DNA of 64,000 nt from a virus. The first letter of the stretch is position 1. Every line of letters begins with the position of its first letter. Below are positions 28,189 to 38,366 of the stretch, in pieces. A program made the translations under genes and the position numbers. The notes beneath the pieces were generated by a model. The model did no database searches, was not told the origin of the DNA, and worked only from the letters and a program-made list of their open reading frames with translations. The stretch covers positions 1-64,000 of IMG/VR virus record IMGVR_UViG_3300038558_000079. One strand, written 5' to 3'.

Positions 28189-28614
28189 CTAATAAAGTGC
28201 TAACTTAAATTGATAGAGAACCGAGGCATAGTAGAGTTCAATTGACTTCTCTAAAGTAGGCTCTATAACCCCTTCAGCTTTGATCGCTTGAATTTTTTGA
28301 CCTTCCATAAAGAAGGAATTAGAGTTATTCCAACCCTCCCAAATATCTATGAGTATTTCCTGTATCTGTCTAACAATCACCCGTTTGTGTGAATACCCAG
28401 TAAACCTAAATAAGGGGTTACTAACCTTGGTTGTAATGTAGCGTCCTATGTCAGGGTTCCCTACACTACTTATGACTACTAACCCCTTACTTAAACTCAC
28501 TTCAGTTTTAACATTAGGGTGACTATCCTTAATTTCACAAATAGATACTAAAGAGTTTTGGCTATTTAGAAAATCCCAAATCTTTTTCTCTAGCAGTGAA
28601 GTTTTTGGATACAT
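28189..28614 (-). CDS. Tail terminator/completion protein
   Basis: Size and synteny. Confidence 0.5.
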   Translation of the reverse strand: MYPKTSLLEKKIWDFLNSQNSLVSICEIKDSHPNVKTEVSLSKGLVVISSVGNPDIGRYITTKVSNPLFRFTGYSHKRVIVRQIQEILIDIWEGWNNSNSFFMEGQKIQAIKAEGVIEPTLEKSIELYYASVLYQFKLALY

Positions 28615-28615
28615 G

Positions 28616-28954
28616 TTAAGTCAGGTTATCAGTTATTACTTGTCCAATTGTCCCTAAGTTTTCGGTAATATACCCAGTGCGAACCTCTACAAAAATTGCA
28701 TAATCAACATCTCGATTTATGCCTACTTCGCGTAATTCACCGGGTAAATTCACGCCACCCGCTCTGATTGTGCAAGCTATTGATGTAGGGTGAATTTCCA
28801 AGTTAACGGCGCGGGTGCTGGTGAAAAGTCGTTTGGTGTCAATTGGGGTATAGTTTTGCAATTCCTCAGCACCAGCCTGACAACCTACTAACAACTTCTC
28901 AGCTAGTAGATTCTTAAATTCCTCAACACCCTTACCGTCTACTGTGTAGTTCAT
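28616..28954 (-). CDS. HK97 gp10-like neck protein
   Basis: TPIDTKRL...VDYAIFVE motifs. Confidence 0.75.
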   Translation of the reverse strand: MNYTVDGKGVEEFKNLLAEKLLVGCQAGAEELQNYTPIDTKRLFTSTRAVNLEIHPTSIACTIRAGGVNLPGELREVGINRDVDYAIFVEVRTGYITENLGTIGQVITDNLT

Positions 28955-28960
28955 CTTATC

Positions 28961-29308
28961 TTACGGCTCAATAACCATTGCCTTAAGGTTGGCAATATCA
29001 GTACCAGCAGCGGTGAAAGACACCTGACTACCTGAATTAAATGCGGTACGCGCCAAACGTCCAACTGACTTAACAGCGCCTGCACCATTGATTGCCACTA
29101 CTTGGTCTGCGATCGCTAATCCAGCTACCGTGGTAGGCGTGACTAGAGTAATAGCATTATCTGTAGCAACTGTGGTTGTTGCTGCATTGGTTAGCAATAA
29201 TACGGTGTTACCAGTATTATCAAAAGTGTAAGTAGTAGCAGTTGCTAGGGTAGTCCATGTAGCGGTCGTTCCTAGTTGTGACGGATTAAATGCAGTAAGT
29301 GCGGGCAT
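28961..29308 (-). CDS. Putative virion structural protein
   Basis: Thr/Ala-rich, FDNTG..VLLL.N, in head-tail cluster. Confidence 0.6.
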   Translation of the reverse strand: MPALTAFNPSQLGTTATWTTLATATTYTFDNTGNTVLLLTNAATTTVATDNAITLVTPTTVAGLAIADQVVAINGAGAVKSVGRLARTAFNSGSQVSFTAAGTDIANLKAMVIEP

Positions 29309-29321
29309 TGTGTTTTTCCTA

Positions 29322-29711
29322 TTATGTGAATGGAACGTTTTTACTTGTGTCTATGTAGACGTAGTAACGGTTAGTAAGCTTGCGTTCTACGCTAACTATT
29401 ACCCCTCTAAGGTTTTGATTAAGCCACTCAACGATGGCATAATTACCTAACGGTATTTTGTCAGCATCTGTATCTCCAGTAATGGTAACGCGCCAAATTT
29501 GCGCCGAATCTATTCCAAAATCTTCTCTAGAAGCGTACCCTTTCACAGCGGGTTTTACACTTACACAATTGGTGTTTAGTAATAGGACTTTTTCAAGAGG
29601 TAAATCATCATAAGGATTAGGGTTACTTGATACCAGTTGGTAAATCTTAAGTGTCCCTATTGCACTCTCACCATAACTACTTCTGAAAATGTCTATTACA
29701 TTAATGTGCAA
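29322..29711 (-). CDS. Putative head-closure protein
   Basis: Size and synteny. Confidence 0.5.
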   Translation of the reverse strand: MHINVIDIFRSSYGESAIGTLKIYQLVSSNPNPYDDLPLEKVLLLNTNCVSVKPAVKGYASREDFGIDSAQIWRVTITGDTDADKIPLGNYAIVEWLNQNLRGVIVSVERKLTNRYYVYIDTSKNVPFT

Positions 29712-30058
29712 GTGATAAATCCCCCTACAACGCTAGCCTTAAGTTGAGTAAGTTCTCTACCGTAACTAGATAACTCCCAAGAATCTTTCGGGGTTCCTAC
29801 AACAGAACCTATCTCTATGTCACCATCAATCTTGAGCTTATTAATAATGCCAGTGACAGTAGTACCTTGAGTAGCTGTTGATAGATTATGAGCAGTTAAG
29901 AGGTATCTAGCTTGTAGTGTAAATTCATCCCAAAGACTCTCCTGAATTAAAGCTTTAGAGTTAGCAAGAGTGAATACCACTTTCTCAAGTTTTACAGACT
30001 CAAATTCAGGATATACATTCAAGAACCCAATTACTTCTAGAACATCTTCAGCATCCAT
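29696..30058 (-). CDS. Head-tail adaptor (DUF4054-like)
   Basis: F...YPEF, LLTAH, SSYGRE. Confidence 0.75.
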   Translation of the reverse strand: MDAEDVLEVIGFLNVYPEFESVKLEKVVFTLANSKALIQESLWDEFTLQARYLLTAHNLSTATQGTTVTGIINKLKIDGDIEIGSVVGTPKDSWELSSYGRELTQLKASVVGGFITCTLM

Positions 30059-30059
30059 C

Positions 30060-30554
30060 TTAAGCAGCCCTCTTGAGGAGTTCAGCATTTATTGCTGCTT
30101 TCTTTTTATTGGCGGCATCAATAATTGCGTTGCGAGTTTCACCTTTTACCCATACCTCTAAAGAGTCAATATCTTCAGTCTTCCTTACCAGGTCAAGAGC
30201 AACTGTATCCTTAAAGTGTCTATATCCCGGTGAAGATGAGTCTGGTGAATCGCTGGGTACTATTTCAATAGCTCCAATCTTCACTCTGTAGGCTACCATC
30301 GGATCTGAAAGTGCGATTTTCCAAGTATCCGCTGACACTTGAAGATTACAACCCGGTCTTAGGGTGAAACCAGGCTGAAAGTCAGCAGGTAATCCCTTTT
30401 CCTTAGTAACAGGTGGTCGTTGCCAACTGAAAGGGTAAACGTTACCATTCTTGCTAGGATTCATTATCGACTCATAAGAGTCTGTCGGTTGAGATTCCTT
30501 TTGAGGTAAATAAACTAGAGCTACCCAAGCGCTCATTGTGGCAGTTTCTGACAT
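30060..30554 (-). CDS. Hypothetical head-associated protein
   Basis: Follows capsid; L.PG.N motif and C-terminal ETR..II.A helical module. Confidence 0.6.
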   Translation of the reverse strand: MSETATMSAWVALVYLPQKESQPTDSYESIMNPSKNGNVYPFSWQRPPVTKEKGLPADFQPGFTLRPGCNLQVSADTWKIALSDPMVAYRVKIGAIEIVPSDSPDSSSPGYRHFKDTVALDLVRKTEDIDSLEVWVKGETRNAIIDAANKKKAAINAELLKRAA

Positions 30555-30555
30555 A

Positions 30556-31467
30556 TTAAATATTCTCTACAATCATAGAGTTTAGAGGTTTTAAGCAATG
30601 TACACCACCAAAACGACCTACGGTGTGAACGATTATTTCAAGGTTCACAGTTTGGGGGGGCAAGATTGTGTAGGGTTTGGCGATCGCTACATAGAATTCC
30701 TCCGGATCATCAGGTAGGATTAACATAACGTCAGTACCGTTAGTCCCCTTCCCTTTCAGGTTATTATCGCCAATAATCGATTCGATGTATCCTAATTCTC
30801 GTTGATTCTCTAGGAACATCTGCCCTATGGTTTTATCACCATAAGGGCGTGGGTTGAACAGGTAGTTATATTTGTCAGTTGGTAATACTAATTTCTTGGG
30901 TTGGGCAACTTCATTGCTTGCCAAAAAACTCACATGGTCATTTAGCATCCCGATAATTTGATCGGGTGTAAAATTCCCATTAATTTGTACCGAGCTAGAT
31001 CTACGCTGGATTGGGGTATTAAAGATTCCTGGTAATCCCGCCGCTTCATCCCCGTTGTACCCCGTAAAGTTAATATATTTGTCATAAGCAGTACGTGTTG
31101 CCTCTAACCCCTCAGACTCTAGGGCACGATTAGTAGCGCGTGCTTTATTAACCTCTTCCCAACTCCACCCACAGAAGCTACCATGAGTTTTAATTTTGTA
31201 TTGTGCTGTGCGTGTTACAGTCCCTACACGATTGCCACCCTTAGCATAATCTGAGATTATGCAATTGATGCCAATGCTATCAAATTCCCTTACCTCATAT
31301 ACGTCTGCCCATTCGCCGTCAGGTATGATTACTAAGGGTAGAATTTGACCATTGGCTAGTTTCAATGGCGGATTTTTACGACGGTAGATTTTTGAACTTT
31401 TCGCTAGTAAGTCCTTTTCGGCAAACAATAAAGTCTCTGCATCAAAATGCGAAGTAGGCGATGTCAT
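30556..31467 (-). CDS. Major capsid protein (DUF2184, HK97 fold)
   Basis: WSWEE...A, GYNGD...GL.G.FN.P, P..LVLP, FGGV...KP. Confidence 0.88.
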   Translation of the reverse strand: MTSPTSHFDAETLLFAEKDLLAKSSKIYRRKNPPLKLANGQILPLVIIPDGEWADVYEVREFDSIGINCIISDYAKGGNRVGTVTRTAQYKIKTHGSFCGWSWEEVNKARATNRALESEGLEATRTAYDKYINFTGYNGDEAAGLPGIFNTPIQRRSSSVQINGNFTPDQIIGMLNDHVSFLASNEVAQPKKLVLPTDKYNYLFNPRPYGDKTIGQMFLENQRELGYIESIIGDNNLKGKGTNGTDVMLILPDDPEEFYVAIAKPYTILPPQTVNLEIIVHTVGRFGGVHCLKPLNSMIVENI

Positions 31468-31480
31468 CTTATTATTATCC

Positions 31481-32299
31481 TTACATATTTACTTTGAGAA
31501 TTGCTAAGTCACCAACACTACCAGAATTTTCAAACTTAGCACCGGGAAGTACGGCGTAACCTGTCCCTGTGGCATTCCTGACAGTCCCGGCTGTGCTGTC
31601 ATTGTTGTAACTGTAATAGACAGTATCAGTAGGTTTAAAAGCTGTTGTTGGTTTCACCCAAATACGACCATTACAAACTGTGTTGATAGCTTCATTGGGT
31701 AACACACCATCAACGCCGTCTTGGGATTCATGTGCATTAGTTCTAACACTGATACCCCGCGCTACATCAGTAGCCGCAGTAGGTAATTTCCCAGTACGCG
31801 CCGAATTTGAGGTTCCGGTAGCTATCACTAATCCAAATGGGAGAATCCCCGGACTAGCAGCGGCTGTGGTTGTTGCGATACTACTAGCACCACCAGAGAC
31901 TGTTATGTTATATGAGTAAGCCGCGCCGGGTTTTCGTGAAGTCAGCACAACCGTTGTAGCCGTTGTGGTGACTGAGAAAGTGCCATAAATGACACCATTA
32001 GCTATTAATGCCGCGCCAAGTTTAGTGGCAATATCAGCGATAGTATCGTCACCATCGCTTGTGATACCTGCGATTACATCGATGTCATTATAGTTACCCT
32101 GAATTCTCACAGAATACGGTGTATTTAATGCAGCCGTACCGATAGTAATTGTGTTTACTTGTGCCGTAGAACCGCCTTCATTTACTAGTGAAGGTGTCAC
32201 AAAGTCATGTGGTGGAGCATCAACCAACATTCCCTCTAACGCATTAGGGCTATAAAGAGAGGTAGGTGTACTGAAACCTTGGGCATAAAAGTTTGGCAT
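31481..32299 (-). CDS. Capsid decoration/cement protein with inserted beta domain
   Basis: LPFG..I, GISVR, GRIWVK, GA.FE..GSVGDLA. Confidence 0.75.
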   Translation of the reverse strand: MPNFYAQGFSTPTSLYSPNALEGMLVDAPPHDFVTPSLVNEGGSTAQVNTITIGTAALNTPYSVRIQGNYNDIDVIAGITSDGDDTIADIATKLGAALIANGVIYGTFSVTTTATTVVLTSRKPGAAYSYNITVSGGASSIATTTAAASPGILPFGLVIATGTSNSARTGKLPTAATDVARGISVRTNAHESQDGVDGVLPNEAINTVCNGRIWVKPTTAFKPTDTVYYSYNNDSTAGTVRNATGTGYAVLPGAKFENSGSVGDLAILKVNM

Positions 32300-32300
32300 T

Positions 32301-33470
32301 TTAATTTCCGATATTTACAAAGGTTTTAAGGTATTCCTCTCGTGCTGATTGCACGTCTAATCGCAATTTATCAATCTCAGATGTAGGTGTGGTTACTGAT
32401 AAATTGGTAGCGGTTAATGCAAGTTGCGATGTGTCAACGTTATAATTCTTGTCTTCAATGACACCATCAAATCTCGCTTTAACATATTCGTCAGACAGTG
32501 AATCGCAGTTGGTAACTCTGGTATTCTTAAGGATTACCGCTGTCATCAGTTCTCTATCTGTAGCAGTATCGAGATTAAAGTCATCCGGTAAGAATCCTTC
32601 GCATTGCCGCTCTAGAGAACGTCTTTCCCTAAGTAACTTGGCGACATCTACTGTAGGTTGTGAATCCAATCTGGCTTCAATACTAGTTAGCTTCTCAGCT
32701 AAAGAATCACGGGTAGCGAGTAAGGCATCAAGAGAAGTAAAACCACTACTTGCTAGCGACTCTTTAAACTTAGCAATCTCTAATCCTAAAGAGTCACACT
32801 TAGCTGTTAGTGTCTTAATCGTTTTAGCGTCTTCACAGAGTTTCCCTTTAATCTTCTCTCCAACATCTAGGGGCAACTCTACGCTAGAGTATTCATCTAA
32901 TTTAAGAGTGAGACTGGGCATAGTAACACTATATATAGGTATATCGCACGAATCCAAAGTAAGTCTGACATCCTTTCCAGCGCGTCCTTGCGGAACGATA
33001 GCTAGATGATTATATTCCCTACTTGTTTGTTGAAATGTCCCGTCAGGCAGCGGTTTACAGGTAGCCATATACCCACACGAGACTTGGTTTATGCCGCTTT
33101 CAATGGCTTTGATAGCATCGGCATTAGTAATAGTCATGATTACGCCTAAGAAATCACCGTCAATTGTGACGATATTACTAGTCGTACCTTTGGCATACTG
33201 GTTATGATTGGTGACATCTAAAAGTACAGGAGGGTGTTCGGGTACAGTGATTGGCTTCATCTTTAAGGTGTGGTAACTATCCTTGTTAAACAACACCTCC
33301 GGAGTCACCCTTTCAAAGCGCTTCTTGCCATCAGCAGTCTGATACTCAAGAATGCCAACACGCGCTACCCTCGCATGACAATTAAGGTAGCCTTCAGGTG
33401 TTCTCTCAGCTTTAAAAATATCGCCTGTATCCAGATGAAAAATACTGTCGCTATTGTTGTCCTCAACCAT
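32301..33470 (-). CDS. Prohead protease/scaffold (DUF2213)
   Basis: TPEGYL, ARVG...Y, PIT..HP, VSCGY, NHLAIV..GRAG. Confidence 0.9.
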   Translation of the reverse strand: MVEDNNSDSIFHLDTGDIFKAERTPEGYLNCHARVARVGILEYQTADGKKRFERVTPEVLFNKDSYHTLKMKPITVPEHPPVLLDVTNHNQYAKGTTSNIVTIDGDFLGVIMTITNADAIKAIESGINQVSCGYMATCKPLPDGTFQQTSREYNHLAIVPQGRAGKDVRLTLDSCDIPIYSVTMPSLTLKLDEYSSVELPLDVGEKIKGKLCEDAKTIKTLTAKCDSLGLEIAKFKESLASSGFTSLDALLATRDSLAEKLTSIEARLDSQPTVDVAKLLRERRSLERQCEGFLPDDFNLDTATDRELMTAVILKNTRVTNCDSLSDEYVKARFDGVIEDKNYNVDTSQLALTATNLSVTTPTSEIDKLRLDVQSAREEYLKTFVNIGN

Positions 33471-33568
33471 ATCAGTTACCTACTACTACCATTACTCTAG
33501 TGTGATAGTAGGTAATATGTGATATACTTATCTCTAGTACCCTAAAAATCCGGGAAAAACCTTTAAGT

Positions 33569-33796
33569 ATGACAACAAAATTATTAAGACCCCTTACTTC
33601 CAAGCAAGAATCTCTAGGGAAAAGAGTAAGATTGGCACGAATAGCGCGTGGATTGACACAACAACAACTAGCCGCTCTGGTTTACATTACCCAAAGTGGT
33701 ATTAGTGATATTGAAAAAGATATCTCTGAACCTAGATGGACGTTAATGCTTGCGATTATTCGGGTTCTGAAGTGTGAAATTGACTATTTTCTTTAG
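33569..33796 (+). CDS. XRE-family HTH regulator
   Basis: LGKRVRLARIARGLTQQQLA...TQSGISDIE...EP. Confidence 0.88.
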   Translation: MTTKLLRPLTSKQESLGKRVRLARIARGLTQQQLAALVYITQSGISDIEKDISEPRWTLMLAIIRVLKCEIDYFL

Positions 33797-34277
33797 CATT
33801 TTGAATAGCTCTAAACTCTCTCAGGGCTATTTCTAGATTATTAATCCGGTATTCATTTTTTGCAATACTCCCCTCGCTCAAGATGCCATTCATGCGTTCC
33901 TGATTCACACGCCCCAAGTCTAGCGCTATAGATGCGCTATTCGTACCTTGATGTGCAATTGCTTTAGTTGCATATAATTCGGCTTGAAGTAGTCCAACGT
34001 CATCCTCAGTTGCACAATTCTGTAAAGCCAAAAATAGTTGCTCGATTCTACCATTAAGACTACTGAGTTTGGCATCTACTATACTCTCAGCATCACTTAT
34101 GCGCCTGTTAATGCCTTGGGCATATTCCCAGACAAAGGGGATTAGCCCACTTGCGACACCACCTAATAATTCAATGATGTTTATCCCTAAGCTCTGGGTT
34201 ACGGCTAACAGGAACGAACCCACAGTGGCACAAGCACAAAACAATAAAACCTTACCAATAGTTATTTTAGTCTTCAT
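33756..34277 (-). CDS. Membrane-anchored coiled-coil protein (holin-like?)
   Basis: Two N-terminal TM segments followed by coiled coil. Confidence 0.55.
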   Translation of the reverse strand: MKTKITIGKVLLFCACATVGSFLLAVTQSLGINIIELLGGVASGLIPFVWEYAQGINRRISDAESIVDAKLSSLNGRIEQLFLALQNCATEDDVGLLQAELYATKAIAHQGTNSASIALDLGRVNQERMNGILSEGSIAKNEYRINNLEIALREFRAIQNAKENSQFHTSEPE

Positions 34278-34285
34278 GTTTCAAT

Positions 34286-34741
34286 CTACGAAAATGTGGT
34301 TTTATAATATTCCTGTTCCAGGAATTGGGTGATGCACCCGGATACTACCTCGAGATTGTATTGTATTGTGATTGGTAGCGCTTCTATTTTTAGAATGTCA
34401 CCATCTCTAAGAATATAATTATTGGAGATGGCGACATCATCTTTTGTAATAATCATTTTCTTTGATTCAATTGAGAGTACATGTAGAATCTCGCCATTCA
34501 CACTTTCGGTGCAACGGATAAAACCAATATGCCGTGACACATAATCACTAGGTATATAGATTCCCTCATCAGTATTTTCAGTCAAAGGCGAACGCCCTAA
34601 TGCTACTGTATATCCGGGTTTTAAAGGTATCCTGTAATAAGGTGCTGTATACCCGCAAGCGGTATGAGGTCTACCTAGTTCCGTATTAGATGATTTTTTT
34701 GTATGTTTTTTTTGTTCTAGCTTAATAATAGCGAAGTTCAT
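34286..34741 (-). CDS. FHA-domain protein
   Basis: LGRS...I.IPS.YVSR.H/I...L.DGD.L.I. Confidence 0.7.
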   Translation of the reverse strand: MNFAIIKLEQKKHTKKSSNTELGRPHTACGYTAPYYRIPLKPGYTVALGRSPLTENTDEGIYIPSDYVSRHIGFIRCTESVNGEILHVLSIESKKMIITKDDVAISNNYILRDGDILKIEALPITIQYNLEVVSGCITQFLEQEYYKTTFS

Positions 34742-34848
34742 TTTTACACCGTTTTACCCCGTCATCCGCCAGTGTAGCACGAAACCCAGTGGTATTTTAC
34801 CGTTGTTCGGTTTTAGTATCCCAGAAACGCTGCATCACATACTCTGTA

Positions 34849-34918
34849 TACTTCCTAGCTTCCGACATGTTGTATTCAATATCCATAAAGAAGTAAACAT
34901 GTCGGAAGCTAGGAAGTA
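34849..34918. repeat. Dispersed palindrome copy 9 (arms extend to 23 bp)
   Basis: tacttcctagcttccgacatgtt-N24-aacatgtcggaagctaggaagta. Confidence 0.97.
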
Positions 34919-35013
34919 ATACCAGTAAAGGGTACAGCGTTTTATATCCCCATTTATTGAAAGTATGCTAAAACATAGTACAACAACACATAGAGCTACA
35001 TAAGGTGTAAATA

Positions 35014-35042
35014 TTGACATTGCCTTTTTATTGTGCTAAACT
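35014..35042 (+). promoter_or_regulatory. Sigma70 promoter for dnaE
   Basis: TTGACA-17-(TGc)TAAACT. Confidence 0.65.
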
Positions 35043-35081
35043 CTCTGTATAACTAATAAGCACCGCTGAGTTTTTCCTTTT

Positions 35082-38000
35082 ATGTCTAACAATAACAACG
35101 ATTGTCATAGCATCACTTCTCCTAATTTGATGAGCCAAGTTATGAGAACTAGTAATCGGAGCTACAGTCGAAAAACTACAGGTTTTGTAGGACTACATGC
35201 TCATTCCTACTTTAGTTTGCTCGATGCCTTTCGGAGTCCTACAGAGTTGGTAAAATGTGTTGCGGAATTGGGACAACCCGCGATCGCACTTACAGACCAC
35301 GGGGGGCTTTGGGGAACTGTTGAGTTAATGATAGCTTGCGAGAAGTATGGGATTACACCCATAGCAGGAAATGAGATGTACCTTAAAGATGACGCTGCTA
35401 CTCAACGTCTTAAAGAGTACGTGGGGGATGGCGATTACAAAGTTAAATCTCGATATCACCAATCGGTATTGGCGGTGTCACGAACAGGGTATGAAAATCT
35501 TTGTAAGCTCACCAGTGATTCATACCTAAAGACTTCAGAAAAAGTTAAAGGTAAGGTGTACCCCCTGGTAACCAAGGAAGACTTAGCAAGGCATAAAGAA
35601 GGATTAGTACTTACATCGGGGTGTTTAGCTGGTTTAGTATGTCAGGGTGTCTTGAGTGGTGATTTAGAATTTGCCAAGGATACTGCTAAGTGGTACAAAG
35701 ACACCTTTGGGGATAACTATTATATAGAACTTCAAGACCACGGGATAGAGGACGACCAACGTAAGGTAAACCTACATCTAGTTGCGATCGCTGAAGAATT
35801 AGAGATAGGGCTAGTTGTTACCGCAGATAGTCATTATGTGTACCCGTCACAAAAGGTGTCTCACAAGCATTTCCTCAGAATCAATAAGGGTGAAAAATTC
35901 TCTAATGTATACAAAGGAGATTTCTGGCATCCATCCGAATCAGAGATGGATTCACGTCTGGTGTATCTCCCCGATTGGGCAAGGGAACAGGCAATGGACA
36001 ACACTGTCTTAATTGCCCAGAAAGTACAACCGTACACACTAGCAAGTAAACCTGCTTCACCTAAGTTTACTCTACCTATGGGAACGACACCCGATGAGTA
36101 TTTAGAGCAACTTTGTCTGAAAGGATTAGAGCGGATTGGAGAGAGTGCTAACCCCATATACATTGAGCGATTGTACTATGAATTGGGGATACTTAAACTT
36201 AAGGGACTAGCAGATTACTTTCTGATAGTCCAGGACTATGTGAACTGGGCAAAGGCTCAGAAGATACCAGTTGGAGTAGGACGCGGTTCAGGTGGCGGTG
36301 CATTGGCGTGTTACGTCCTGAATATTACTACCATTGACCCCATTAAGCACGGGTTGATATTTGAGAGATTTATTAATCCAGAACGCGAATCATATCCAGA
36401 TATCGATGTTGACTTCTGTATGGAGCGCCGACATGAAGTAGTAGCCTACCTACAGGATAAGTATGGGGTCGGTAATGTTGCTAATATTATTACCTTCAAT
36501 AAGATGGAATCAAGATCAGCTCTTAAGGATGCTGGTTGGGTGTTAGGTGTGGACTTCACGGTACAAAACATATTCTCTAAGTCACTACCTGTAATCCGTG
36601 GGAAAAATATTAAGCTAAAAAATATCATTGAAGATCCAACATTAGCACCTGAGTTTATGGCACACTACGAAGCTAATGCAGTGGTACATTGCAATGTTAC
36701 TTTTCGAGAATGGGTAGATTTAGCAGTTGCCTTAGAAGGTACAGTAAAATCTACCGGGATTCATGCCTCTGGACTAATAATAGGAGATGAATCCTTAAGT
36801 AGTATTATCCCCTTACAGTGTACCCCTGATGGGACAATAACTTCTCAGTACAACATGAATGAAGTCGAATATATGGGTATCTTAAAAATGGATATTCTAG
36901 GGTTAAAAACTTTAACCATTCTCGACAAAGCCATGAAGTATATTGGCGGTGACTATTACGACCTAGAGAAGATAGACATTAACGATAGTAATGCTCTAAA
37001 CCTTCTAGCAACTACATCACCTGTGGGTATCTTTCAATTAGAAGCCGCTGAGAAAATGATCCATTTAGTCAAGCCGACTACATTCGAGGAGGTCGCTGAT
37101 GTCACGTCTTTGATACGTCCAGGGTGTTTTGATATGAGTATGCACAATGAATATACAGCAGTCAAATTCGGGCATTCTGAACCTACATATTGTACAGAAA
37201 AACTAAGGGGTATCTTAGGTTCTACTCACTCACAGTGTCTCTATCAAGAACAGCTACTTAGGATATGCACCGAGATTGCAGGATTCTCACTCGGATATGC
37301 CGATAATGTACGGCGGGGATGTGGTAAGAAAAAGAAGGAAGTGTTAGAACCTCTTAAGGAGTCCTTTGTTAAAGGGTGCTTAGGTAATGGGGAGTCTCAG
37401 GAAGTCGCTGATGAACTATGGGAAATCATCTTAGCAAGTGCTGGTTACTCATTTAATGCCAGTCACAGCAAGGCATATACAATAATCTCCATGTATACTG
37501 CATGGGTGCGTTACTACTACCCGGCACAATTCTTTGCAGCGCTACTTTCAGGGCAGAAAGACGTTGAGAAATTTGCTGAATATAGTACGGCTTTAAAACT
37601 CCACAATTTGAAATTGATACCGCCCGATATCAACACTAGCGATAGTGACTTTTTACCCATTAATGATGGTGTGTTGTTTGGGTTGGCTTATATCAATGGG
37701 TTAGGAGAAAAGACATTAGGGGATGTCTTCTCAGAACGCGCTAAAGGTAAATTCTTATCTCCGATTGACTTCTTTAGCAGGGTAAAAGTGTCCCAAGCAA
37801 CAGCACAAAAGTTAATTAAGGCTGGAGCCTTTGATAGCTTGGAATCTAATCGAGGCAAACTTTTGGAGAATTTACCAGATATCTTTAATTGGCTATCAAC
37901 ACATCGCAAGTTTGCACAAAAGGAACAGACTACTCTGGCTATACCAGGAATAGATTGGGGGAACTACCTGGTAGTACCTACACTTAAAGATTCCCCACAA

Positions 38001-38366
38001 TTATCTCTTAGACAACGGCTTGAGAATGAGAAGGACTTACTAGGAATAGCTCTAACAGGGCATATCCTGGATGAGTATAAGTTAGACGCTGTGGTTTTGA
38101 AGAATTTAGAAGTGGGGCAAGTATTAGAGGGTGTAATTGTAATTTCTGAAATGAGAAGTTATACCCAGAAAAATGGCGGTATTATGGGGTTTGTGACCTT
38201 AGAGGATATCTTGGGTAATAAGCTAAAGTGTACCGTATTCAGTAGTGCATGGTCTATCTCAAAAAGTTATATCCAAGTAAATACCCCATTGTATGTCAAT
38301 GTGAAAATTGGTACATACAATGGGGAAATTAATGGGATTGTTAACCGAATTAAGAGACTAAATTAA
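35082..38366 (+). CDS. dnaE: DNA polymerase III alpha subunit, unsplit
   Basis: PHP HAHSYFSLLD/ALTDHG, GRGSGGG, PDIDVDF, KMDILGL, YQEQ, GYSFNASH, C-terminal OB fold; start may be a later Met. Confidence 0.96.
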   Translation: MSNNNNDCHSITSPNLMSQVMRTSNRSYSRKTTGFVGLHAHSYFSLLDAFRSPTELVKCVAELGQPAIALTDHGGLWGTVELMIACEKYGITPIAGNEMYLKDDAATQRLKEYVGDGDYKVKSRYHQSVLAVSRTGYENLCKLTSDSYLKTSEKVKGKVYPLVTKEDLARHKEGLVLTSGCLAGLVCQGVLSGDLEFAKDTAKWYKDTFGDNYYIELQDHGIEDDQRKVNLHLVAIAEELEIGLVVTADSHYVYPSQKVSHKHFLRINKGEKFSNVYKGDFWHPSESEMDSRLVYLPDWAREQAMDNTVLIAQKVQPYTLASKPASPKFTLPMGTTPDEYLEQLCLKGLERIGESANPIYIERLYYELGILKLKGLADYFLIVQDYVNWAKAQKIPVGVGRGSGGGALACYVLNITTIDPIKHGLIFERFINPERESYPDIDVDFCMERRHEVVAYLQDKYGVGNVANIITFNKMESRSALKDAGWVLGVDFTVQNIFSKSLPVIRGKNIKLKNIIEDPTLAPEFMAHYEANAVVHCNVTFREWVDLAVALEGTVKSTGIHASGLIIGDESLSSIIPLQCTPDGTITSQYNMNEVEYMGILKMDILGLKTLTILDKAMKYIGGDYYDLEKIDINDSNALNLLATTSPVGIFQLEAAEKMIHLVKPTTFEEVADVTSLIRPGCFDMSMHNEYTAVKFGHSEPTYCTEKLRGILGSTHSQCLYQEQLLRICTEIAGFSLGYADNVRRGCGKKKKEVLEPLKESFVKGCLGNGESQEVADELWEIILASAGYSFNASHSKAYTIISMYTAWVRYYYPAQFFAALLSGQKDVEKFAEYSTALKLHNLKLIPPDINTSDSDFLPINDGVLFGLAYINGLGEKTLGDVFSERAKGKFLSPIDFFSRVKVSQATAQKLIKAGAFDSLESNRGKLLENLPDIFNWLSTHRKFAQKEQTTLAIPGIDWGNYLVVPTLKDSPQLSLRQRLENEKDLLGIALTGHILDEYKLDAVVLKNLEVGQVLEGVIVISEMRSYTQKNGGIMGFVTLEDILGNKLKCTVFSSAWSISKSYIQVNTPLYVNVKIGTYNGEINGIVNRIKRLN

